Assembly: GCA_963699165.1 (NCBI GenBank)
Contig: OY969413.1
Span: forward strand, 532,562-596,561
Direction of reading: 5' to 3'
DNA from: Candidatus Kaiserbacteria bacterium
GTDB lineage: Bacteria; Patescibacteriota; Minisyncoccia; Phycocordibacterales; Phycocordibacteraceae
Length of the DNA stretch: 64,000 nucleotides
In this document: positions 26,899-36,094 of the stretch, piece by piece
Layout: each line of letters opens with the position of its first letter
How positions within the stretch are numbered: the first letter of the stretch is position 1
Position numbers and translations under genes: made by a program
Notes under the pieces: generated by a model
What the model was told of the DNA's origin: nothing
What the model saw: only the letters and a program-made list of their open reading frames with translations
The model's database searches: none

Positions 26899-28460
26899 TT
26901 GGCTTTAAGTCCGATGTTGATGACTTTTTCCCCGAGCGTCACGCCGGAGAGGACTTCAACGTTGCCGTTTTGGTCTTGAATGCCGAGCGTTACCGGCGTC
27001 GTCGTAGTCGTTTTGCCGAACGGCGTTTCGACAAAGGTGCCGCTGTTATTTTGCAATATCGCGTATTGCGGGAGAATGAGCGCGTTGTCGTGCTTTTTTG
27101 TTTGGATGTCCATGTTTACCGTAAGACCGCTTTTGAGCCGCGGATCCGCTTTCGTAAATCCGGCTTTGATCTGATAGCTGATGACGCCCTGCACATTCGT
27201 TTCGGCAGGCGCAATGTAGAAGACCGTGCCCGTAAACGTCTCGCCCGGAAATGCGTCAATGGTCATCGACACGCTGTCGCCGACGGCTATTTTTCCGACG
27301 TCGGTGTCCGCCACGCCCGTGTCTACCTCAAAGCCGCTGTCGCCGATAATTGAAATGAGCGGCGTACCCGGAACTGCCTGCTGGCCGACTTTCGCATCCA
27401 TTTGCGTAATTACACCGCTTATCGGTGCAACGATTTGCGTATTTTGCAGATTGGCTTCGGCGCTCGCCACGCCCGCCAGTGCCTGTTCGACTTGCGCCTG
27501 CTGCGCGGCGATTGCCTGCGGGGTGGCGCCCGCTTGTTTGAGTGCAAGCTGTGCCTGCGCCTGTGCCACCAACTGCTGTTGCGACGCTATGTTTTGAGAA
27601 ATGGTATCGAGGTTTTTCTCTGCGGTATTTACTTCGCTCACTGCGACGGAGAGATTGCCTTTATAGGAAGCCAGCGTCGCGGCGCTTAAGCCGGTCGAAT
27701 TGCTGAGCGTCGTCGAAACGCTGTTGAGGAGCTGTTGCACGGATGCAAGGTACGCAATTTCATTTTGCGAAAGCGTTTGCAGCGCATCGCTCGACTGGCT
27801 GCCCGCCGTCAACTGGGTCTGCCAGGTATTGAGCGCCGCCGTAACCGATACTCGCTCGGTCTGCGCATCGTTTTGCGCCTGAAAATTCGCGGTGTTATAC
27901 GTAAGGGTCGGACTCGGCGTGTCGCCGTTCGTAAAGAATTGATTGAGCTCGGTCCGGACCGCGTCGTTTGCTTTCGCGTACGCGTCGACGGAGGCGTCGT
28001 TGATGCTCGCATACATGTTTGCAAGATCTTGGTTCGCCTTATCGACGGCCGCTTGCGATGCCGCAATGTCCGCCGGTTGCGCGCCTGCCTTCAAATTTGC
28101 AAGCTGCGCCTGCTGGGCGTCGACGTTTGCCTGGGCCTGCTGCAGCGCGGCGGACAAACTTGCCGTGTTCAATTCCGCAATGACCGAACCGGCGGTGACG
28201 CGGTCGCCGAGATTGTAATAGGCATGCGCGATCGTGCCGGAATTCTGAAATGCGAGCGAAACACTCTTCGTTGGCGCCGTGTTTCCGGTTGCTGAAACCG
28301 TTTCCGAAATCGAACCCTGCGTGACGGTTATGAACTGATAGGACGGTCCGCGGCTGCTTGCGTACCACCAATACCCTCCCCCGATGAGAAGCAGCGCGAT
28401 GATTGCGAGCGTCCATTTTGATTTGAAAAATCCCAAAATTTTATTTGAAGTTGCGGGCAT
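26895..28460 (-). CDS. Efflux periplasmic adaptor (MacA/HlyD-like) with long helical insert
   Basis: N-terminal TM, split lipoyl halves, IVAPISG, LKSGLT. Confidence 0.88.
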   Translation of the reverse strand: MPATSNKILGFFKSKWTLAIIALLLIGGGYWWYASSRGPSYQFITVTQGSISETVSATGNTAPTKSVSLAFQNSGTIAHAYYNLGDRVTAGSVIAELNTASLSAALQQAQANVDAQQAQLANLKAGAQPADIAASQAAVDKANQDLANMYASINDASVDAYAKANDAVRTELNQFFTNGDTPSPTLTYNTANFQAQNDAQTERVSVTAALNTWQTQLTAGSQSSDALQTLSQNEIAYLASVQQLLNSVSTTLSNSTGLSAATLASYKGNLSVAVSEVNTAEKNLDTISQNIASQQQLVAQAQAQLALKQAGATPQAIAAQQAQVEQALAGVASAEANLQNTQIVAPISGVITQMDAKVGQQAVPGTPLISIIGDSGFEVDTGVADTDVGKIAVGDSVSMTIDAFPGETFTGTVFYIAPAETNVQGVISYQIKAGFTKADPRLKSGLTVNMDIQTKKHDNALILPQYAILQNNSGTFVETPFGKTTTTTPVTLGIQDQNGNVEVLSGVTLGEKVINIGLKAK

Positions 28461-28616
28461 GGCGGCATTCGTTTAATAGATGGTTGATATTGACAGTATA
28501 GCGCGAATCGGTTCATTTCGACAGCGTTGCCGCGGCTGCGGCAGTCCCTGCAAAAGAGAGAGACAATCCCCTCGCGAGGATTGCCCCTTCAAATCTTCCC
28601 GATCCGAGAAATGCGG

Positions 28617-28940
28617 CTAGTGCTTGATGCTCGTCGCTGTGTCGGCGCCGAATTGCGTCATGAACACGTTGAGTTCGTCTTTGGAAACCGAAAGAACAGG
28701 GGCGCCTTCCTTCGTGATGAGCACCGAGCCGCCGATCGTCGCGGCAACGATGCTGTGCACGCTTATTCCCGAAGTCGTCGTGCCGGAATAGTTGGTCCAA
28801 TTCGATACATCGTTCGGGTCGACGAACGCCGGCGTGCCGTCCACGATAATCGGCACCAACCGCTTGGACTTCTGATGAGAACCGCGCGACCTCTGAACGC
28901 CGTTTGACCCGCTAATTGTTCTTCCAAACCGATTTGCCAT
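28617..28940 (-). CDS. Hypothetical protein
   Basis: GAGGAG SD before MANRFG; hairpin plus T-rich tract downstream (~28555-28580). Confidence 0.5.
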   Translation of the reverse strand: MANRFGRTISGSNGVQRSRGSHQKSKRLVPIIVDGTPAFVDPNDVSNWTNYSGTTTSGISVHSIVAATIGGSVLITKEGAPVLSVSKDELNVFMTQFGADTATSIKH

Positions 28941-29109
28941 ACTAAACTCCTCACTGTGTACGTTCACAACTTTTCAGTGACGAACGCGGCCAAAATCGAC
29001 CGAACGCGAACTATACACAAAACCCCATGTGGATTGAGTGAGTGAATGAAATAAAAATCGCCAGTCGATTGGCCCCGCGTTCGCTTCGCCGCAGCGGATA
29101 TCAAAACCG

Positions 29110-30414
29110 TTATGCGGCCTCTGCGCGCGGCACGGAGGATTTTTGCCAGTATGCGAGCCGCCACGCGAAACTCAGCGGCGGGAAAAATTCAGACAGTTTT
29201 TTCGATAAGCCGTGTTCGTCCATCCATAGAGCATAAGCAACGTAGTCGGGATCGGCGGAGAGCAGCTCTTCTTCGGCGAGCGAACGCATGCAATAGATGC
29301 CGCATATGCATGCAAAAAGAATCGCTAGCCGCACGTCGTCAAACAAATTGACGCCCGAAACAAACGGCAGCCATATGAGCAGCCACACCATGCATTTGGA
29401 CGCGTAAATCGGATGCTTGCAAATGCGGAACGGACCCGTGGTTATAATGCCGCGATTGCTTAGGTTCGACGAGCGCAAGCCGAATTGCGCTTCGCCCCAC
29501 AGATGCACAAACGAAAAGAGAAGAATTGCACCGCCGACCGCCGCAAGCGCGAACGGTACGTTTTGCAGATGCGTAACCCATGGCTGCATCCATACCGGAT
29601 TCGGCACAGTCGGATTGTAGTCAAACCAGCTCACGAAAAATGCCGCCTCAAATGGCTGATAGCACGCAAGCGTAACCATCCAGCCGAACCAAGAATGGCT
29701 GACCGCTTTCGTCTCGGTGCGGATAAGGCGCGAACCGAAAAGATATCCCGGCGTGACCGCGGCGATAATGAGCGCATACACCATGACGAGCAGGTAGTAT
29801 TCGCCGGCGGCAAACGAATTCTGCAACAGAGAAAGTTCATTGCCGCGGAACATGCCGATGCTCCACACCAATTCGCAGAAATTTATCGGCAAGAAAAATC
29901 CGCGTATGAGCCACATGATGATGTCGTCGCGCACCGCATGCCAATCGACTTCGCGCGTGCGCCCGAGCACCACGAGTCCGAGCTGGTATCCCCCGCGCAT
30001 CGACGGACCGTATATGCAATCGGCGGCGAGAATGAAAAAGGCACTGACTGCGGGAGCGGCAATGAGAATGAGCGGCAACATCTGAAAGAACGGGGCGTAG
30101 TATGCGTTCTGATATTCCGCAAGCGTGCCCCATGCGGCGAGTATGACGGCTAGTCCCGCAAGCGTGCCGAGCCACGTGATTGCCGAATGCGGAAGGCACT
30201 GTCGGATTGAATATTTGAATGTGTGTTTCGGCCCGCGGAGCCACTCGATTGCCATCATGACAACGATGATTGTCGCAACGATAAGGATGGAAAGGGCTTC
30301 GTTTGATATCGAAGTGCCGGAAAAAACGCAATACACGGCTATCGCCGCGAAACACAAAACGAACGGGTCCGTCCATTTCGAAATTGATTCGGGCAATCGC
30401 TGCGGCTGGGACAT
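29110..30414 (-). CDS. Polytopic membrane protein with ICMT/PEMT-like methyltransferase C-terminus
   Basis: SNLSNRGIITTGPFR..KHPIY, R..AEE..L..DP.Y..Y; start reassigned to MSQPQR. Confidence 0.8.
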   Translation of the reverse strand: MSQPQRLPESISKWTDPFVLCFAAIAVYCVFSGTSISNEALSILIVATIIVVMMAIEWLRGPKHTFKYSIRQCLPHSAITWLGTLAGLAVILAAWGTLAEYQNAYYAPFFQMLPLILIAAPAVSAFFILAADCIYGPSMRGGYQLGLVVLGRTREVDWHAVRDDIIMWLIRGFFLPINFCELVWSIGMFRGNELSLLQNSFAAGEYYLLVMVYALIIAAVTPGYLFGSRLIRTETKAVSHSWFGWMVTLACYQPFEAAFFVSWFDYNPTVPNPVWMQPWVTHLQNVPFALAAVGGAILLFSFVHLWGEAQFGLRSSNLSNRGIITTGPFRICKHPIYASKCMVWLLIWLPFVSGVNLFDDVRLAILFACICGIYCMRSLAEEELLSADPDYVAYALWMDEHGLSKKLSEFFPPLSFAWRLAYWQKSSVPRAEAA

Positions 30415-30572
30415 GTCGGTTAAATCGTACCACGCTTCACGTATATTGTTTCTCGGGACGGCTTTTGCTAGTGTTAGCGGTACAGTCGATGTTGGCGTTA
30501 CTTGCGCGCTTTCATTCGGCTCGCTCGAAGGACAAAGCAAGAGGTTGCAGTGAACACGTGATCGGATTGCTC

Positions 30573-30644
30573 GCCGGTGTAGTTCAAGAGTCAGAACGAG
30601 GGACTCATAAACCCTAGACGGTGGCGCGACTCCACCCACCGGCA
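30573..30644 (+). tRNA. tRNA-Met(CAT), atypical D and T loops
   Basis: GCCGGTG/CACCGGC, GTTC/GAAC, AGGGA-CTCATAA-ACCCT, GGTGG-CGCGACT-CCACC. Confidence 0.8.
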
Positions 30645-30838
30645 CACGACATTTTTCGAAGATTTTGGTAGGATGGCGAAATGAGGTTTCGGACGCTTGG
30701 GGAGTAAGCAAAGCTTGCTCCCTTGGCGTTCGGCGAAACAGTGCCTGCGGCACCGGTCTGCTTGAAGCGATAGAATGCGCACAGGTGCGATTCTCCCGCT
30801 TCTCGCATCCCGCGCTTCGCGTCTGTTTGCCTCACTTT

Positions 30839-30912
30839 GCGGGAGTAGCTCAACTGGTTAGAGCGCCGCCCTGTCACGGCGGAGGTTGCGGGTTCAAGTC
30901 CCGTCTCTCGCG
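30839..30912 (+). tRNA. tRNA-Asp(GTC)
   Basis: GCGGGAG/CTCTCGC, CCGCC-CTGTCAC-GGCGG, GGTTCAAGTCC. Confidence 0.95.
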
Positions 30913-31398
30913 CAGAATAGGACGAAAGGTGGCGAAAGCCGCCTTTTGTCTTTGTAGACCCTCACTATTTTCCAGTTCTAACCGATGATATTCGCTTTCT
31001 ATAGCAGGATAGTCATTTTGGATAGGAACGAACCATTCGTTCGGTACAATAACGAGTTTTCCGTCTTTGAGCGTATAGTTCTGACCGAGTGCAGATAGTA
31101 TCTCTCTTTGTGTCTCAAGTATGCCTTTGCGAAACTCGTTCATGGCATAGCACGCGAAGATAAAGGTCTTCTCTGTAAGTTCAATCCAGTGCTCGGCTCT
31201 TTTCTCGGTTTCCCTCATTCCTTGGGAGATTTTGGCAATCTGGCTCTGTAGGTCCTTCCGTTCCTTCAAGAACTCCTCGTCGCTGATAAGCTCTCGATAG
31301 CGCATCTTGGTGAGTGTATCGAGCTGTCTCTGGGTGTTTGCGAGGGTAGCGTGCTGGGTCTCGTAGATACGGGTACGCTCTTCAATCTCCTTATCGTG
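30874..31398 (-). pseudogene. Probable C-terminal remnant of a large serine recombinase reading into the tRNA-Asp 3' end
   Basis: Coiled coil (...ELISDEEFLKERKDL...), QREILSALGQNYTLKDGKL, ends LRERRDLNP antisense to tRNA; no catalytic N-terminus or credible start; family assignment from recall. Confidence 0.55.
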
Positions 31399-31412
31399 GG
31401 GCTTTTGTGTTT

Positions 31413-31525
31413 TGCGCGAGAGTTTGAAGCGAAGCTTCAAAAGGGACTTGAAAGCCGGAGGGCGACGGCCCGAGGAGGGTCGCGCAAAATCTCAGAAGAG
31501 ATTTATGCCTGACCAAGTCCCGTCT
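31413..31525. repeat. Inverted (31413-31452, split by hairpin) and direct (31514-31525) copies of the tRNA-Asp 3' end
   Basis: tgcgcgagag-[tttgaagc-gaa-gcttcaaa]-agggacttgaa; caagtcccgtct identical to 30895-30906. Confidence 0.75.
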
Positions 31526-31565
31526 TTTGTTCGCGACGTGGCCGGCGCGCGGCCAAGCCCGAACA

Positions 31566-33176
31566 TCACGCCGGAAATTCAACCACGAACGTAGTGCCCT
31601 TCCCCGCACCTTCCGACTCGGCGCGAATACTGCCCCGATGCGCCTCGACGATGCTTTTCGCGGCGAAGAGACCGTATCCGGTCGAATGCACGTTTACCCG
31701 CTGCGAATCTTTCCCGTGGCCTCCTTCGGTGAAAAGCCGCTTCTTGTCTTCCTCCGTTATTCCTATACCGGTATCGGCCTCGGTGAAAATTATTTTGCCG
31801 TTTTCCTTTTTTAGCGAAACGGTTATGGAACCCGACGGCGTGTAATTCACCGCATTTTCAAGCAGATTCCGAAGCACGTGGTCACGGATTTCCTCCTTGT
31901 CGCCGATGCAGGTATAGGGCACTCCCGATTCATCTGCAGAGAACGTGAGCGCCAGTCCTTTTTGTTCCGCGGCGGACCGCGCATTCTCAACTGCTTCTTC
32001 TACAAGCGTTTTGAAATCAAAACTCTCCATCGTGTAGGACACTACGCCCTTTTTCAAATTCGATGCTTTCAAAATGCTCGCAACCGCGTCGGCGCCTTGC
32101 CTCGATTCGGCAAGCGCATGCTCGACAATCGGTTTAAGCGCATCGGGCAATGCGCCGAAATCACCGTCGGAAAGCGCCGCAAGCGCATCGGTGTCCTTCG
32201 TAAGAAATCCTTTCACTTCATGCCCGATGAAATGAATGAGCGCCTCCTGCCGTTCGTTGGTGTTTTGCAATTCTTCGGTGATTTTTGCCAGATTAAGTGT
32301 GTCTTGCACGATTTTGATGCTCCCGATTAACACTATAAGAAACGCGGTGATATTTATCACTATCTCGCTCGTTTGCGTCGAATACAAAATATTCACGACT
32401 GAAAATATCGTCACCATAAAACCGAGAAAAGCCGTTCCCGCAACCTTCAGATTAAAAAGATTATGGCGATAAATTGCGTATGAAATGAGCGCGGTAAACG
32501 GCAGCAAAAAGAGAGCCGCGAGCGGTATGAAACTGAGTTGATTGAGAAAGATGGGAAGGAACACATTAAAGAGCAAAATGAGCGCCGCGGTAAGCGCCAT
32601 ACCGACGGCAAAAAAGTATTCTTGATTTCGTTCTTCTACTTTCTTGTTTCGCCACGCTTTTATAAGAATCGTTACTACGCCGGCAATAAGAAGACCGAAC
32701 GCGACGACGGAGAACAGTGCGATGCCGGGACCTCGTTCGGGGTTCGTTACATAACCCTGAGGAGCGAGCGCAGCTATTCCGGAAACAATGAGCGGGGTGA
32801 GAGATAAAATCGCCGTGATTCCCACGACAGGAACGAGAAAAAATTTGTACCAACGAGGGAAGCGTGCCTTCCCCCGCGGGAAAACGTACGCCAGCTGGAA
32901 AAACACAAATGCGTGCAGTGTTGAAAGAAAGACGTGAATCCGAAACGCCCATAGCGTCGCTTCTATTGTTGTAAAGTGATATTCAAGATAATTCGATATG
33001 CCCCATATGGCGGTAAGAATGGAGAACAAAAGGAACGTCCGATTCGTAATGCTTCCCGTATTGTTAAAGAAAATGACGGTTCCGAGGAACAGCATGCTGG
33101 CAATCGCGATGCCGACGGAAAGCAAGTCAAAATTGGTTTGCACGAGTGCGGTGATATCCATGGAATAGGGGGACAA
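31566..33176 (-). CDS. Sensor histidine kinase with N-terminal multi-TM (7TM-type) domain
   Basis: Many TM helices, H-box GHEVKG, NLLENAVNYT, DTGIG, TGYGL; start may be 33161. Confidence 0.9.
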   Translation of the reverse strand: MSPYSMDITALVQTNFDLLSVGIAIASMLFLGTVIFFNNTGSITNRTFLLFSILTAIWGISNYLEYHFTTIEATLWAFRIHVFLSTLHAFVFFQLAYVFPRGKARFPRWYKFFLVPVVGITAILSLTPLIVSGIAALAPQGYVTNPERGPGIALFSVVAFGLLIAGVVTILIKAWRNKKVEERNQEYFFAVGMALTAALILLFNVFLPIFLNQLSFIPLAALFLLPFTALISYAIYRHNLFNLKVAGTAFLGFMVTIFSVVNILYSTQTSEIVINITAFLIVLIGSIKIVQDTLNLAKITEELQNTNERQEALIHFIGHEVKGFLTKDTDALAALSDGDFGALPDALKPIVEHALAESRQGADAVASILKASNLKKGVVSYTMESFDFKTLVEEAVENARSAAEQKGLALTFSADESGVPYTCIGDKEEIRDHVLRNLLENAVNYTPSGSITVSLKKENGKIIFTEADTGIGITEEDKKRLFTEGGHGKDSQRVNVHSTGYGLFAAKSIVEAHRGSIRAESEGAGKGTTFVVEFPA

Positions 33177-33304
33177 CGGATGAATAGTACGAATCTCTCA
33201 ACGGTCGGAAGCCGGAGAGTCGGGACTGAAGATGCTTCTCCGCACCGGACGCAAATCAGCGACATTCCAGGGCCGTCTATTCCCGGTAAAGGCAATTCCT
33301 TCAA

Positions 33305-34480
33305 TCATAAGCCGAAACCCTTAGCGAAATCCTCGGAAACCTTCCGCCGGCGCGCTACGGCATCGACGGTGTCGTACTCGGGAACGAGTTTTTCATCGAG
33401 AGAAACGAGCGCGCGATCCATTTCAAGCGGTTGTCCGTTTAGAATCTTGCGCACGCAGTAGGCGACGGCCGCGCCGTTTACGAGCGCCGCGCCGCCGAGC
33501 TGCGGCCACGAGACGATGGTCTTCCCCATTTGCATGAGCGACTGCTGCATTCGTTCGGTCACGTTCTCCGGCCCGACGAGCTTTGTAATCAGTTTTCCGA
33601 TGCCGAACTTGTCCAGATTCTTTAGCGAATCATACGAGACCTCGCCCATACGCCCGTGAAAAAATGCCGTCTGCGAATCAATGTCATACCGCTCGATATC
33701 AACAACGGCATTGTCGCCGTTGTCCGCCGCCATAACAACCGCAATACGATGCTTCTTCGCCTGTTCGCGGATAAGATATTTGACCGCGAGATTGTCGATT
33801 TCATCGATGACGATGTCGAGTCCTTGAAAGAACTGTTCGAGGTTTTCCGAGGTTAGACCGTCCGAATACAGTTCGAGTTCGGCATACGGATTAATCTCGT
33901 AAATGGTTCGCGCCGCCATCTCGACCTTCAGCATGCCGAGCCGGTCGGCGCCCGCGAGAACCCGATTCGTGTTTGAAAGCGCTAGACGGTCCATATCGGC
34001 GAGCTTCATCCGCTTGCCGCCGCCGCCGAGCGCGATTGCCAGGGCGACCGAAGAGCCGACCGAGAGTCCGCCGATGCCTATCGTCGCATCGTAAAATTTC
34101 TTCTGCTCCTCTTTTGTTATTAAATTTTGATTGCGCGCCGTGCGGACCAAAAAATATTCGTCCTCGCGCAAAATGTGCGCGGCAAGATATCGCCACGGGA
34201 AATACGCCCATCGCCCGTGATGCGAATGAGGGCTATCTGCCGCAAGTGCGCGATAGTATTCCTGGAATGCGTCTTCGAAGCCCGGGGCATATACGCGCAC
34301 CGGATTTCTTACGCCGAAAAGCTCGCGCTGTTGCTCTTCATAATCATCGGAAATCCGCTTAATCGCTCCTTCGGCCACAAGCGTCTCAAAACGAGTCCGG
34401 TCTTTCAAATCGGAGAAGTCGAAGATGAGCGGTTTCAGCCCCGTTTCTTCATGGCGAAGCGCCTGAAAAGTTTCTTCCAT
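33305..34480 (-). CDS. ThiF/E1-like adenylyltransferase (MoeY/Rv1355c-like N-terminal part)
   Basis: WAYFPW, RTARNQNLIT.EEQ, IGIGGLSVG, ADMD.L.LSNTNR, IERYD, SWPQL. Confidence 0.85.
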   Translation of the reverse strand: MEETFQALRHEETGLKPLIFDFSDLKDRTRFETLVAEGAIKRISDDYEEQQRELFGVRNPVRVYAPGFEDAFQEYYRALAADSPHSHHGRWAYFPWRYLAAHILREDEYFLVRTARNQNLITKEEQKKFYDATIGIGGLSVGSSVALAIALGGGGKRMKLADMDRLALSNTNRVLAGADRLGMLKVEMAARTIYEINPYAELELYSDGLTSENLEQFFQGLDIVIDEIDNLAVKYLIREQAKKHRIAVVMAADNGDNAVVDIERYDIDSQTAFFHGRMGEVSYDSLKNLDKFGIGKLITKLVGPENVTERMQQSLMQMGKTIVSWPQLGGAALVNGAAVAYCVRKILNGQPLEMDRALVSLDEKLVPEYDTVDAVARRRKVSEDFAKGFGL

Positions 34481-34502
34481 ATAGTCATGCTAGCACGTCC
34501 GG

Positions 34503-36074
34503 CTACGGCCGTATGACCCATTTTTGCTTAATGCCGGGAGGAAAATATTTCGGATGCTCGTGCGGCCAAAACACGATGCGCGGAGTTATTTTTTCGCGAA
34601 TAGAACCCGATAGATACCGATACTCATCGCTTGAGGCCGATAAACTTTTCATGACGCTTTCGATAAGCGCCGACCGCATCGTCTCGCCATCCGTAGCGCC
34701 ATGCTGAAGTTCAACGTTCAATTCGAGGAACTCGTTGTGCTGCGCATCGTGTTCGGTCGCCATGGTAAAGCGTCCCGTAATGTGCTGTTCGAGCAACGGG
34801 TTTTGAAGGCCAATCTTCACGTGCTCGGGATAAATAATGGCACCGTAGAGCTTCGTCGAAAGATCGGAGCGCTCATAGAGATACACGAACGGAAGGTCCA
34901 TTATCGTGTCGGCAATGCCTGCGCGTTTTGCTTCGGCGGCAAGATTGATGCCGACCTTTTCACAACTGTCCGCTGCGTCCGCATAGGTGAAGACGCCTCC
35001 TTGATCGCCGATGTCATACCGAATAAACGGGAGCGACGAGCCGCCGGTCGCGTAAATCTCGCCGTTCTTCCCAACCTCAAATGCCGTGAAGTCCGGTATG
35101 AATTGCGCGAGCGTCGGCAAACGATGCGCTTCGCTGAAAAGATTCCGATAGAGCGCCTCATGTCGAACTGCAAGGCGGCGAAGCAGTATCGAGACCGGCG
35201 TCTCGGTCGCCATCGTGCCGAGTTCAGCGCTGCCATACACATTCATCACGCTGCGATACGGATTTTTCATACCCGTCTTCTCCATAAGGTACTCGCGGAA
35301 ATGTTCCGAGAAGGCCTCGGCGGCGCAGACGATGCGCATATCCCAACGGTTCCATGCGACGCCGTGTTCCGGAGCATCATCGATGACGTCTTTCACAAAA
35401 GGCGGGTAGCCGCAGAGGATTATCTGCTCAAACGAGGGCGCAATGCGCGTCAGTGCTTCGAAAATCTCTTTCTTGCTTACGCCCGGAGTGATAATGGTCA
35501 GCGGCCATTCATTTTCCGAGATGCGGCGAAATGCCTCGTAGGTGAGCAGCCCGCCTATCCATACGCCCATGCCGAATCCGACAATAATCAGCGTCGGTTT
35601 CTTCGGATTGAGCCCGCTCCGTTCTATAAAGAGCCGATGGAACACCATCGACGCATCGTGAATTTCATCGGTGCGCGGAATATAGAACGGTTGTCCAGTC
35701 GAACCGGAAGTCGCGGTAAGAATAAGCGGTTCATGGGCAAGCGCCCCGGCCCGGCAGAGCTCGTCCCAGGGATGCATCCGCAGATAATTCGCTTTCGTGA
35801 TGGGCGGAATACGCTTGATGTCCCGCCTTGTCGTGATTGAAGAAGCATTGATGCCGAGATGTTCGAGAAACTGCCGATATGCGGGAACATTTTTATACGC
35901 GTCTTTAAATCGCTTGAGGATAGTCGCGTATGTCGCGCGCGACCAATCCGCACTCTCATTGGTGCGCAACTTCGCGATGAAGGATGGAGAAACGGCAAAA
36001 GAACGCGTTCGCACGTATATTTTCTTTTTTTGTGTTCGAGCCGATGCACGGTTAAGATGCATGATCTTTTTCAT
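34503..36074 (-). CDS. Phenylacetate-CoA ligase (PaaK-like) adenylate-forming enzyme
   Basis: VPAYR.FL, ATSGSTG, YGSAELG, PFIRYDIGD. Confidence 0.88.
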   Translation of the reverse strand: MKKIMHLNRASARTQKKKIYVRTRSFAVSPSFIAKLRTNESADWSRATYATILKRFKDAYKNVPAYRQFLEHLGINASSITTRRDIKRIPPITKANYLRMHPWDELCRAGALAHEPLILTATSGSTGQPFYIPRTDEIHDASMVFHRLFIERSGLNPKKPTLIIVGFGMGVWIGGLLTYEAFRRISENEWPLTIITPGVSKKEIFEALTRIAPSFEQIILCGYPPFVKDVIDDAPEHGVAWNRWDMRIVCAAEAFSEHFREYLMEKTGMKNPYRSVMNVYGSAELGTMATETPVSILLRRLAVRHEALYRNLFSEAHRLPTLAQFIPDFTAFEVGKNGEIYATGGSSLPFIRYDIGDQGGVFTYADAADSCEKVGINLAAEAKRAGIADTIMDLPFVYLYERSDLSTKLYGAIIYPEHVKIGLQNPLLEQHITGRFTMATEHDAQHNEFLELNVELQHGATDGETMRSALIESVMKSLSASSDEYRYLSGSIREKITPRIVFWPHEHPKYFPPGIKQKWVIRP

Positions 36075-36094
36075 GATAGCAATATAACGAACGA

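Noticed and set aside
30490-30572. SRP RNA or riboswitch upstream of tRNA-Met
   Set aside because: Only weak pairing; no SRP helix-8 or T-box signature recognisable
30415-30753. N-terminal extension of the 547-aa membrane protein
   Set aside because: It overlaps tRNA-Met antisense; a TACGAT box precedes the ATG at 30414
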